From an uncultured Acidobacteriota bacterium (GTDB lineage Bacteria; Acidobacteriota; Vicinamibacteria; Vicinamibacterales; CAVVIG01), in NCBI GenBank assembly GCA_963711765.1, contig CAVQFC010000002.1:777644-841643 (forward strand): DNA of 64,000 nucleotides, given 5' to 3'. The position numbers were made by a program, and so were the translations under genes. The notes beneath the pieces were generated by a model, which saw only the letters and a list, made by a program, of their open reading frames with translations, had not been told where the DNA came from and searched no databases. Below, in pieces: positions 54,736-63,519 of the stretch. Each line of letters starts with the position of its first letter. Position 1 is the first letter of the stretch.

Positions 54736-56112
54736 CTAGCTTCGGCTGGCTCGCTTCAGAAACGAACCGCTGCCTGGCCGGCCGACGAACACGCCGTTCT
54801 CGATGACCAGACGACCGCGCGACAACACCGTGTCGGTCGCGCCGGTGACCTGCCGGCCCTCGTACGGGTTGTAGTCCACGTTCATGTGCAGCGTCTTCGC
54901 GGCCAGCGTGATCGTGCGGTTGGGATCGAAGATGACGATGTCGGCGTCGGAACCCGGCGCGATCGTGCCCTTGCGCGGGAACATGCCGAAGATCTTCGCC
55001 GGCGAGGTGGACGTCAACTCGACGAAGCGGTTGAGCGAGATGCGGCCCGGGCGCACGCCGCCGTCGTAGACCAGGCTCATCCGGGTTTCGACGCCGGGCG
55101 CGCCGTTCGGGATCTTCGAAAAATCGTCCTTGCCGAGTTCCTTCTGCTCCTTCATGCAGAACGGGCAGTGGTCGGTCGAGATCACCTGCAGGTCGTTGAA
55201 CGCCAGGCCGCGCCACAGCTGGTTCTGCTTGGCCTTGTCGCGCAGCGGCGGGCTCATCACGTACTTGGCGCCGGCGAATTCGGGCTCCTCGTAGTTGTCG
55301 TACGAGAGGAACAGATACTGCGGACACGTTTCCGCATGCGCCGGCAGGCCGCGATCGCGCGCCTCGGTCACCATCTCGAGCGCTTCGGCCGCCGACAGGT
55401 GGACGATGTAGACCGGCACGTCGGCGATTTCGGCGAGCGCAATCGCCCGATGCGTCGCTTCGGCCTCGGCCCGGGCCGGGCGCGTCAGCGCGTGATATTT
55501 CGGCGCGGTCTTGCCTTCGGCGAGCGCGCGCTGCACCAGCACGTCGATCACGCCGCCGTTTTCCGCGTGCATGCAGATGGTGCCGCCGTTCTTTCCGGTC
55601 CGCAGCAGCGCCTTGAAAATGCTGGCATCGTCCAGCATGAAGACGCCGGGATAGGCCATGAACAGCTTGAAGGAGGTGATGCCCTGCCGGACCAGGGCGT
55701 CCATCTCGCCTTCGACCTGATCGTTCAGCTCGGTGATGATCATGTGGAAGCCGTAGTCGATGACCGCCTTGCTCTCGGCTTTCCTGGCCCACGTCTCCAT
55801 CGCGTGATGCAGCGTCTGGCCGCGATACTGAATCGCGAAGTCGACGATCGTCGTCGTCCCGCCGAAGGCGGCGGCGCGGGTGCCGGTCTCGAAGTCGTCG
55901 GCGGAGGTGGAACCGCCGAACGGCATGTCCATGTGGGTGTGGACGTCGATGCCGCCCGGCAGCACGTACTTGCCCGCCGCGTCGATGACCTTGTCGGCGA
56001 CGATGTCGAGCGACATGCCGATCACCGAGATCTTCTCGTCCTCGATCAGGACGTCGCCCTGGTATTGATCGACCGCGGTGACAATGGTGCCGTTCTTGAT
56101 CAGCGTTTTCAT
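54736..56112 (-). CDS. dihydropyrimidinase / D-hydantoinase
   Basis: 'PGGIDVHTHMDMPFGG', 'TSFKLFMAY' and 'ISTDHCPF'. Confidence 0.85.
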   Translation of the reverse strand: MKTLIKNGTIVTAVDQYQGDVLIEDEKISVIGMSLDIVADKVIDAAGKYVLPGGIDVHTHMDMPFGGSTSADDFETGTRAAAFGGTTTIVDFAIQYRGQTLHHAMETWARKAESKAVIDYGFHMIITELNDQVEGEMDALVRQGITSFKLFMAYPGVFMLDDASIFKALLRTGKNGGTICMHAENGGVIDVLVQRALAEGKTAPKYHALTRPARAEAEATHRAIALAEIADVPVYIVHLSAAEALEMVTEARDRGLPAHAETCPQYLFLSYDNYEEPEFAGAKYVMSPPLRDKAKQNQLWRGLAFNDLQVISTDHCPFCMKEQKELGKDDFSKIPNGAPGVETRMSLVYDGGVRPGRISLNRFVELTSTSPAKIFGMFPRKGTIAPGSDADIVIFDPNRTITLAAKTLHMNVDYNPYEGRQVTGATDTVLSRGRLVIENGVFVGRPGSGSFLKRASRS

Positions 56113-56150
56113 AGGCGTCCAGGAGGCACGGACTCAGTCACGAAGACCCA

Positions 56151-57626
56151 TCAGAACCAGCGCGAGATGGTGACTTTCTTGTCCGTATAGAACTCGATCC
56201 CGTCGCGGCCGTGCGCTTTCAGGTCGCCGAAGAAGCTGTCCCTGGCGCCGCCGAACGGGAAATAGGCCATCGGCGCCGCCACGCCGATGTTGACGCCGAC
56301 CATCGACGCGGTCGCGTGCTTCGAAAACTCCCGAGCGGCCTTGCCGCTCGACGTAAAGATCGACGTGGCGTTGGCGTTGGGATGCTGCTTCATCATCGCG
56401 ATCGCCTCGTCCAGCGTCTTGACCGGACAGATCGACGCCACCGGTCCAAAAATCTCTTCCCGCCCAATCGCCATCTTCATCGACACATCGTCGAATACCG
56501 TGGGGCCGACGAAGTATCCGTTCGGACGATCCTCGACGCGCGTCCTGCGGCCGTCCACCAGAAGATTCGCACCCTCGCTGACGCCCTTATCGATGTAGCC
56601 GAGCACTCGATCGCGGTGCCCCGCACTGATCACCGGTCCCATCGTGACGCCAGGCAGCGAACCGTCGCCGACCCTCAACGCCTTCGCCGCTTCGACCATG
56701 CGGTCGCGCGCCTCGCGGTGGGCGTCGCCGACCGGGATCAGCATGCTGCCGGCAAGGCAGCGCTCCCCTGCGCATCCATAAAACGACTCGGAAATGATCG
56801 CCATCGACCGATCGAAGTCAGCGTCGGGCATCACCACGACGAAGTTCTTGGCGCCGCCGAGCGCCTGGGCGCGCTTTCCTGCGTGGGTCGCACGCTGATA
56901 CACGTGACGCGCGACCGCGGTCGAGCCCACGAACGACACCGCGCGAATGCCCGGGTGATCGCAGATTGCGTTGACGACGTCGCGGCCGCCGTTCACCAGG
57001 TTGACGACGCCAGGCGGCAGGCCGCACTGCTGCAGCAAATCGACCATCAGGCGCTGCGATAGCGGCACCTGCTCGGACGGCTTCAGGATGAACGTATTGC
57101 CGGTCGCAATCGCGAACGGCAGAAACCACATCGGCACCATCGCCGGAAAATTGAAGGGCGCGATCGCCGCCACGACACCGAGTGGCTGACGGACGACGTG
57201 GCAGTCGACGCCGGCGGAAATATCCTCGAGCCCGACACCCTGCATCAGCGACGGCATGCCGCACGCCACCTCGACGCATTCGATGCCGCGCCGGACACTG
57301 CCCCGCGCCTCGTCGAGCGTCTTGCCATGCTCGGTCGTGACTGTTCGGGCCAGCTCCTCGAATCGCTCTTCGCAGAGTGCCTTGAACCGGTACAACACCT
57401 GCGTGCGCGCGTTCACCGGGGTATCGCGCCAGGCGGGAAAGGCCTCGGTAGCCGCCGCGACGGCGGCGTCCACGTCGGCGGCTGTGGACAGCGGCGTCCG
57501 CCCGATGATGTCGCCCACAGCGGGATTGTGGACGTCGAAGAACTCGGTGGCGCGAGCCGCAACCCAACGGCCACCGACGAAGTTGTCGAGCGTTCGGACG
57601 TTGGTGTGGCTGGCGACTTCCGGCAT
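56151..57626 (-). CDS. mmsA: CoA-acylating (methyl)malonate-semialdehyde dehydrogenase
   Basis: Start at 'MPEVASHTNVRTLDNFVGGRWV'. ALDH blocks are 'FPAMVPMWF', 'GGAKNF' and 'GCAGERC'. The upstream 100 codons of ORF 56151..57926 were rejected. Confidence 0.85.
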   Translation of the reverse strand: MPEVASHTNVRTLDNFVGGRWVAARATEFFDVHNPAVGDIIGRTPLSTAADVDAAVAAATEAFPAWRDTPVNARTQVLYRFKALCEERFEELARTVTTEHGKTLDEARGSVRRGIECVEVACGMPSLMQGVGLEDISAGVDCHVVRQPLGVVAAIAPFNFPAMVPMWFLPFAIATGNTFILKPSEQVPLSQRLMVDLLQQCGLPPGVVNLVNGGRDVVNAICDHPGIRAVSFVGSTAVARHVYQRATHAGKRAQALGGAKNFVVVMPDADFDRSMAIISESFYGCAGERCLAGSMLIPVGDAHREARDRMVEAAKALRVGDGSLPGVTMGPVISAGHRDRVLGYIDKGVSEGANLLVDGRRTRVEDRPNGYFVGPTVFDDVSMKMAIGREEIFGPVASICPVKTLDEAIAMMKQHPNANATSIFTSSGKAAREFSKHATASMVGVNIGVAAPMAYFPFGGARDSFFGDLKAHGRDGIEFYTDKKVTISRWF

Positions 57627-57672
57627 GTGCGCTCCTGTCGCGGACCTCCGGGTCCGCTTCATCAAAACGCGA

Positions 57673-58926
57673 TTATACGTTCGGGACCAGGACCGATCGG
57701 GCCTCGCGCTTCCAGCCTTCGTCCCACGTCGGCCGCGCGGACCGGCGGGCGCCGAGCCGCAGCCGGTCGAGTTGTTTCTGGTCGCCCGGGAACGTCTCGA
57801 ACAGGTCGAACAGTACGCTCGCAAGCTGCGTCGCGGTCGAAAACAGCAGGCCGTTGTCGCCGTGCCTGACCCGTTCGGCGAGGCAGGCGCCGTAGTCGAG
57901 CGCGCAGACCGGGACGCCGGCGCCAAACAGGTCGGCGACCTTCATCGGGATGTCGAGACCGGACGAGGATCGGTGCAGGCACAGGCCAAGGTCGGCGCTG
58001 CCGACGACTCGCGGGTAGTCGTCCGGCTCGAGCCAACGGGCGCGGAGCTGGACCCGGCGGGCCGGCAGCCCCGCGAATCGCCGTTCGAACTCGGATCGCC
58101 GGGCGCCGTCGCCGGTAACCAGCAGCACGATGTCCGGAAACCGTCGTCCGACCGAAGCGGCTTCCCATCCGCGGATCCGCTCTTCGAGCCGAGGCAGCAT
58201 CTCGATCACCAGATCGAAATCCTCGTCCTCAGTCCAGCTGGTCGGACAAACGATGAAACCGACCGCGCCGCTGTGGACGCCGAGGCGCGAGAACAGCGCC
58301 TGGCGGAACTGGACGCGCTCGGCGCGCTCCATCGACGCGAACGCCGACGCCGGACGGTCGTAGAACACGCTGGCGTTGGACACGCCGAATCGGCTTTCGA
58401 GAAACGCCGCCAGCCCGCGCGATACACAGAGGTTGGCGTCGACGCGCCGGGCATCGCGGCGTTCGTACCAGCGCCCCAGACGCACCGCGGGATGCCAGCG
58501 GCCGAGCCGTAACGCCAGCAAGGTGTAGCCGAGGTTGTGCCAGTCGGTCACGAAACGCACGCCCTTCGCTCGCAGCGAAAACCAGGTCACGGCGAGCGTC
58601 GGAAACGCCGGCGGGTTCTGGACGAGCACCAGGTTCGGGCGCTTCAGCCTTCTGAGAATCCGCCACAGGCGAATACTGATTCGTGCGGCGTCGAACAGTC
58701 CGGCGGCCGCATATGTCGATCCTGACAGGCTCGGACCGTGGCGAAGCGTGACCGGCGTAAAGCGGTGCAGCGTGATCCGCGGGTTGTTGGCGATCGCGTT
58801 CGGAACGGATGTACCCTCGTAACCGACGAGGTCGACGTCCACGCCGTCGGCCGCCAGCGCGTGCGCGTGATAAAGCATGCGGGCGCTGCGTCCGAGATCG
58901 GCGAGGGCGACGACGACGGCTCTCAT
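57673..58926 (-). CDS. ALG1-like (GT33-type) beta-mannosyltransferase homologue
   Basis: Blocks that I recognise from eukaryotic ALG1: 'LGRSARMLYHAHALA', 'VQNPPAFPTLAVTWF', 'TDWHNLGYT', 'PTSWTEDEDF' and 'WLEPDDYPRVVGSADLGLCLHRSSSGLDIPMKVADLFGAGVPVCA'. No N-terminal TM. Confidence 0.8.
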   Translation of the reverse strand: MRAVVVALADLGRSARMLYHAHALAADGVDVDLVGYEGTSVPNAIANNPRITLHRFTPVTLRHGPSLSGSTYAAAGLFDAARISIRLWRILRRLKRPNLVLVQNPPAFPTLAVTWFSLRAKGVRFVTDWHNLGYTLLALRLGRWHPAVRLGRWYERRDARRVDANLCVSRGLAAFLESRFGVSNASVFYDRPASAFASMERAERVQFRQALFSRLGVHSGAVGFIVCPTSWTEDEDFDLVIEMLPRLEERIRGWEAASVGRRFPDIVLLVTGDGARRSEFERRFAGLPARRVQLRARWLEPDDYPRVVGSADLGLCLHRSSSGLDIPMKVADLFGAGVPVCALDYGACLAERVRHGDNGLLFSTATQLASVLFDLFETFPGDQKQLDRLRLGARRSARPTWDEGWKREARSVLVPNV

Positions 58927-58975
58927 GTGGGAAGAAACGCGATCAGGGGGTTGTCGCGAGTTATACCACGGACGG

Positions 58976-59795
58976 TCAGCGCGGCGTCAGCATCCGCGCA
59001 AGCAGGTTGGCGGCCACCCGTCGCCGGTACGTTGCAGTCGAGCGGATGTCGTCGATCGGAACGATCTCGTCCATGAGCAGCCGCTGAGCCTCTTCGACCG
59101 AAGCTCCTGCTGCGAGCGCCGCCTCGGTGCGCCCCGCGCGCACGACGGTCGGCGCGACGCTGCCGAGCGCGATGCGCGGCCGGTCGCCGGTCACGACCGC
59201 CATCACGACTTTCGAGATTGCCTGCGCGGCACGCGTGCCGACCTTCCGAAACCACTGACGGCCGCGCACGGCGGGAATTTCGAGCGCCACGATCAGCTCG
59301 TCCGGGCGGCGAACGCTCCGGCGGTAGCCGGTGTAAAACGCCATGAACGGCACGCGCCGCGTGTCCGACGCGCTGCGCAGTACCACGACCGCCTCGGCAG
59401 CGGCAAGCACCGGCAGTGTGTCGCCGGCCGGCGAGGCGTTGGCTACGTTGCCGCCGATCGTGCCGCGGTTCTGAATCTGAACGCCGCCGACTTCACGCGA
59501 GGCCGCGGCCAAGCATCGGCAGCCGCTGATTGACGAGGGTCGAGCGGATGATCGCGGCATGGGTCGCCATCGCGCCAATCGACAACAAGGCACCGCGCGG
59601 TTCGATCGCTCGAAGCCGCTCGAGCCGCCACAGGTTCAGAAAACGCGTCTGCTCGAGCGTGCCGAAGTTGAGCGCGACATACAGGTCCGTGCATCCGGCC
59701 ATCGGGACCAGCGGCCCTTCGTCGCGTAGCATCTTCAGCGCGTCGGTCAGCGACCTGGGCTCGAGGAGTGTTTTATTCGAAACCGATCCGAGCAT
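58976..59795 (-). pseudogene. xanthine dehydrogenase FAD-binding subunit (CoxM/XdhA-type), one frame break
   Basis: 'PMAGCTDLYV' is in ORF 59493..59795. 'AASREVGGVQIQNRGTIGGNVANASPAGD' continues in the ORF 58976..59593 frame. The break is near 59510. Confidence 0.8.
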
Positions 59796-59810
59796 CGAGA
59801 TTCGTGCCTC

Positions 59811-60271
59811 TCATCGGACATTCCGGCCATTGCGGCCTGCCGCCTTACGAATCGACCGGTAGATGGCCGAGTATCCGGTGCAGCGGCACAGGTTTCCCGC
59901 GAGGCCGGTCTTCATCTGATCGAGGCTCGGATGTCTTTCCGAGCGCGACCGCCGCGAGGATCATGCCGGGCGTGCAGATGCCGCACTGCGCGCCGCCATG
60001 CTCGACGAAGGTCCGCTGCAGCGGATGGTGTCCACCGAGGCCCTCGATCGTCGTCAACGCGCGTGCCGGCGGCGTGCGCGACGGGCACGAGGCACGAATT
60101 GACCGGCGCGCCGTCAACGAGCACGGTACAGGCGCCGCACTCGCCTTCGCCGCACCCTTCCTTCGTGCCGGTGAGGCCAAGGTCCTCGCGAAGCACATCG
60201 AGCAGGCGCCTCATGGGATTGACGGCGAGTTTCGTCCGCCGCCCATTCAACAGGAAGGACACAGAGGTCAC
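59811..60271 (-). pseudogene. (2Fe-2S)-binding subunit of xanthine dehydrogenase, two frame breaks
   Basis: GTG start overlaps the Mo-subunit stop (GTGA). 'GCGEGECGACTVLVDG', 'QCGICTPGMI' and 'NLCRCTGY' each fall in a different frame. Breaks are near 60060 and 59935. Confidence 0.75.
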
Positions 60272-62406
60272 TTCGGTGTCCTTTGGGGTGAGATCGTCGG
60301 CGCGAGCATGATCCGTTCGGGCGTGGCCGGGATCGCACGGAGGTCGTAACCGGCGTGCCGCAGCGCGTTGATCACGGCCGGCGCCGGGCCGTCGATCGGC
60401 ATCTCGCCGACGCCTTTCGCGCCGAACGGCCCGTGCTGGTACGGATTCTCGAGCATCGTCACCTTCAGCGGCGGCGTGTCGAGCGTCGTCGGAATGATGT
60501 AGTTGGTCAGCGTCGCGTTGGCCATCCGGCCGTCGCGCATCACGACGTCCTCGAGCAACGCGTAGCCGAGCCCCTGCGCGCTGCCGCCTTCGATCTGGCC
60601 GGTCGCCAGCATCGGGTGAATGGCCCGGCCGATTTCGTGAACGGTGGTGAACGCAATCGGCTTCACTTCCCAGGTGTCGCGATCGACTTCGACTTCGACG
60701 ACGTCGCACCCCCAGCCGTAGCTGCCGTAGGCATCGCCGCGATAGCTGTCGTCGTCCCAGATCATTTCGGACGGTCGCTCGTAGGCCTTCGTGACGACGA
60801 GCGCACCGTGTCGGCGCAGGTACTCACGGGGCGTCAGCGGACCGAGTCGCTGGCGCATGTCCTGGGCGCAGCGCTCCAGAATCCTCCCGACGACCATGCA
60901 CGTCCGCGACGCGACGGTCGGGCCGCTGTCGGGCACGACGTCGGTATCGGCGTCGTTGACGTCAACGCAGTCGTACGACACGCCCAGCGTGTCGGCAACA
61001 ATCTGCGCCAGCATCGTCCGGGTCCCCTGACCGATCTCGGTGCTGCCGACCAGGACGTTGACCCCGCGATCGGTCAGCTCCAGCGAGGCCTTCGACGCGA
61101 GCTTGATCTCTCCGCCGCCGGTGAAGCCCGACCCGTGGAAAAAGAGCGACAGACCGATGCCGCGGTTGCTACCGGCCAGCGCACGGCGACGAGCGGAGAA
61201 GTTCGTCCGCTTGACCGCTTCGCGCAACACCTGACGGGCGCTGCAGTCGCGGCCGAGCCGCTGGCCGGTCGCGGTGGTGTCGCCCGGCCTGAGCGCGTTG
61301 ATGTCGCGGAGCCGCACCGGATCCATTGCCAGCGCGTCGGCGATGCGATCCATGTGCACTTCGGCCGCGAACTGTGTCTGCGGCGCGCCGAAGCCGCGAA
61401 ACGCGCCGTTCGGCGGCGTGTTGGTCATCGTGGCGCGGCCGCGGATGCGAATGTGGTCGCAGCGGTACGGCCCGCTGGCGTGGATCAGGCCGCGCGACAA
61501 CACGACCGCGCTGAGCGTGGCGTACGCACCGCCGTCGAGTACTGCGTCGACATCCATCGCCGTGATGCGCCCGGCCCGGGTCACGCCGGTCCGATGGCGG
61601 ACGATGGACGGGTGGCGCTTGGTGGTCGCGATCATGTCCTCGACGCGGTCGTAAATCAGCTTGACCGCACGGCCGGACTTTCTGGCGAGCAGCGCCGCGT
61701 GGCCGGCGATCATCGACGGGTATTCCTCCTTGCCGCCAAACCCGCCACCCGTTTCTGTCTGGACGACGCGTACCTTGTCGCCGGGGAGACCGAGCAGCAC
61801 CGTGAGCGCGCGGTGCACATAGTACGGGCACTGCATCGAACCATAGACGGTGATACCGCCGCGCTCCGAAAGCGCGACGACGCCATTGGGCTCGATGTAC
61901 AGCTGCTCCTGGTGGCCGGTCCGGTACTCGCCTTCGACGATCAGATCCGCGGCGGCAAAGCCGTCGGCGAGCGTGCCTTTCTCGATGGTGATTTCCTTGA
62001 ACACAATCGGCGATGACTCGGGATCGTAGTGCGGCGTGGTCTGGCGGTACTCGATCGCGACGTCGGCCGCGAGCAGCGCTTCGCGATCCGCGTGCGCGAG
62101 CAGCACGATCGGCTCGGCGACATGACGAATCTCGCGTTCGGCCAGGCAGGGCTGATCCTCGTCGATCAGCGCCACGACATTGCGGCCCGGGATGTCGCGG
62201 TGGTCGACGATCGTGAATCCGCTGGTGTCGAAGTTGAAGCGAATCGCGGCGATCTCGCCGCGAGGAATCGAAGACCGGATCGTCCGCCCGTACAGCAGAT
62301 CGGGGAAGGCGATGTCGTCGATGTAGCGCGCGGCGCCGGAGGTTTTCGCCGCGCCCTCCTTTCGGAGCACACTGCGACCGACCGCCGCTTTCGATCGCCC
62401 CGGCAT
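60268..62406 (-). CDS. xanthine dehydrogenase molybdopterin-binding subunit
   Basis: 712-aa intact ORF with 'GGGFGGKE', 'AFRGFGAPQ' and 'GVGEMPIDGPAPAVINAL', first in a three-subunit order Mo-FeS-FAD. Confidence 0.85.
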   Translation of the reverse strand: MPGRSKAAVGRSVLRKEGAAKTSGAARYIDDIAFPDLLYGRTIRSSIPRGEIAAIRFNFDTSGFTIVDHRDIPGRNVVALIDEDQPCLAEREIRHVAEPIVLLAHADREALLAADVAIEYRQTTPHYDPESSPIVFKEITIEKGTLADGFAAADLIVEGEYRTGHQEQLYIEPNGVVALSERGGITVYGSMQCPYYVHRALTVLLGLPGDKVRVVQTETGGGFGGKEEYPSMIAGHAALLARKSGRAVKLIYDRVEDMIATTKRHPSIVRHRTGVTRAGRITAMDVDAVLDGGAYATLSAVVLSRGLIHASGPYRCDHIRIRGRATMTNTPPNGAFRGFGAPQTQFAAEVHMDRIADALAMDPVRLRDINALRPGDTTATGQRLGRDCSARQVLREAVKRTNFSARRRALAGSNRGIGLSLFFHGSGFTGGGEIKLASKASLELTDRGVNVLVGSTEIGQGTRTMLAQIVADTLGVSYDCVDVNDADTDVVPDSGPTVASRTCMVVGRILERCAQDMRQRLGPLTPREYLRRHGALVVTKAYERPSEMIWDDDSYRGDAYGSYGWGCDVVEVEVDRDTWEVKPIAFTTVHEIGRAIHPMLATGQIEGGSAQGLGYALLEDVVMRDGRMANATLTNYIIPTTLDTPPLKVTMLENPYQHGPFGAKGVGEMPIDGPAPAVINALRHAGYDLRAIPATPERIMLAPTISPQRTPK

Positions 62407-62428
62407 CGCGGCGATTATACGTCGGCCT

Positions 62429-63490
62429 TCATGCCGTCTTCCGGAGCCGCTCCTGCGCTCGAATCAACCGGACCACCGCGCGCTCGCACGCGCTCAGCGC
62501 ATGGCGCGCCGGCGCCCGGTTCGATGTCACCGCGATGGTGATGCCTGACAGATAGGCGTCAACGACCACGGGATGGATGTAGCACTTGCGGCAGACCGCC
62601 TTGGTGTTGCCCAACTTCTTCGCGACCGACTCGATCGCCGCGACGATGCGACGCCTGGCGTCGGCGTTCGAGCGGGGCCCGGCGACTTCCGACAGCGCCT
62701 TTGCGGCCAGCACCGTGCCCGCCCACGTGCGGAAGTCCTTGGCCGTGAAGTCTTCACCGCTGACCTCGCGCAGGTAATCATTGACGTCAGCGGAATCGAT
62801 CGTGTGCCTGCTCCCTTCGTCGTCCACGTACTGGAACAGCTCGTGGCCCGGCAGGTCGCGGCAGGCCTTCACGATTCTCGCAAGGCGAACGTCGTGGAGA
62901 TCGACGGCATGAGCGACGCCGCTCTTCCCCCTGAACTCGAAATGGACGTGGGTTCCCTTCACCGCGGCATGGCGATCGCGCATCGTGGTCAGGCCGATCG
63001 ATCCGTTGTCGCGCGCGTACTCCTCGTTGCCGATGCGGATCAGCGTTTTCTCGAGCAGCTGAACCGCGGCGGCCAGCACTTTCCGGCGGGGCAACCCCGC
63101 CTGCCTGATGTCGGCGCCGGTGCGCCGGCGGATCGCCGGCAGCGACTTCGCAAAGGCGATCAGCCGCCCGTACTTCGCCTCGTCCCGGACCTCGCGCCAG
63201 CGCGGGTGGTAGCGGTACTGTTTGCGGCCGCGCGCATCGCGGCCGGTCGCCTGCACGTGCCCGCGCGGGTCGGGACAAATCCAGACGTGGGTCCAGGCCG
63301 GCGGGATGACCAGTGCTTTGATCCGTTGGAGTTCGCCGTGGTTGCCGATCGTGGCCCCGTCGGGTGCCACATATCGCACCCGCGTTTTCGGGCCAATGCG
63401 GCGAATGCCCGGGATTCGGGCGTCGTCGACGTGACGCAGCCCTGCTGCTCTGGCGGAATCGGTTGCGGGCGGCGTGGAACGGATCGCCAT
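62429..63490 (-). CDS. DNA topoisomerase IB (poxvirus-like bacterial type)
   Basis: 'IPPAWTHVWICP', 'ATGRDARGRKQYRYH', 'FEFRGKSG', 'DFRTWAGT' and the catalytic Tyr context 'CRKCYIHP'. Confidence 0.85.
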   Translation of the reverse strand: MAIRSTPPATDSARAAGLRHVDDARIPGIRRIGPKTRVRYVAPDGATIGNHGELQRIKALVIPPAWTHVWICPDPRGHVQATGRDARGRKQYRYHPRWREVRDEAKYGRLIAFAKSLPAIRRRTGADIRQAGLPRRKVLAAAVQLLEKTLIRIGNEEYARDNGSIGLTTMRDRHAAVKGTHVHFEFRGKSGVAHAVDLHDVRLARIVKACRDLPGHELFQYVDDEGSRHTIDSADVNDYLREVSGEDFTAKDFRTWAGTVLAAKALSEVAGPRSNADARRRIVAAIESVAKKLGNTKAVCRKCYIHPVVVDAYLSGITIAVTSNRAPARHALSACERAVVRLIRAQERLRKTA

Positions 63491-63519
63491 TGCGGTCGTG
63501 TTTGAGCAAGAATGACGCC

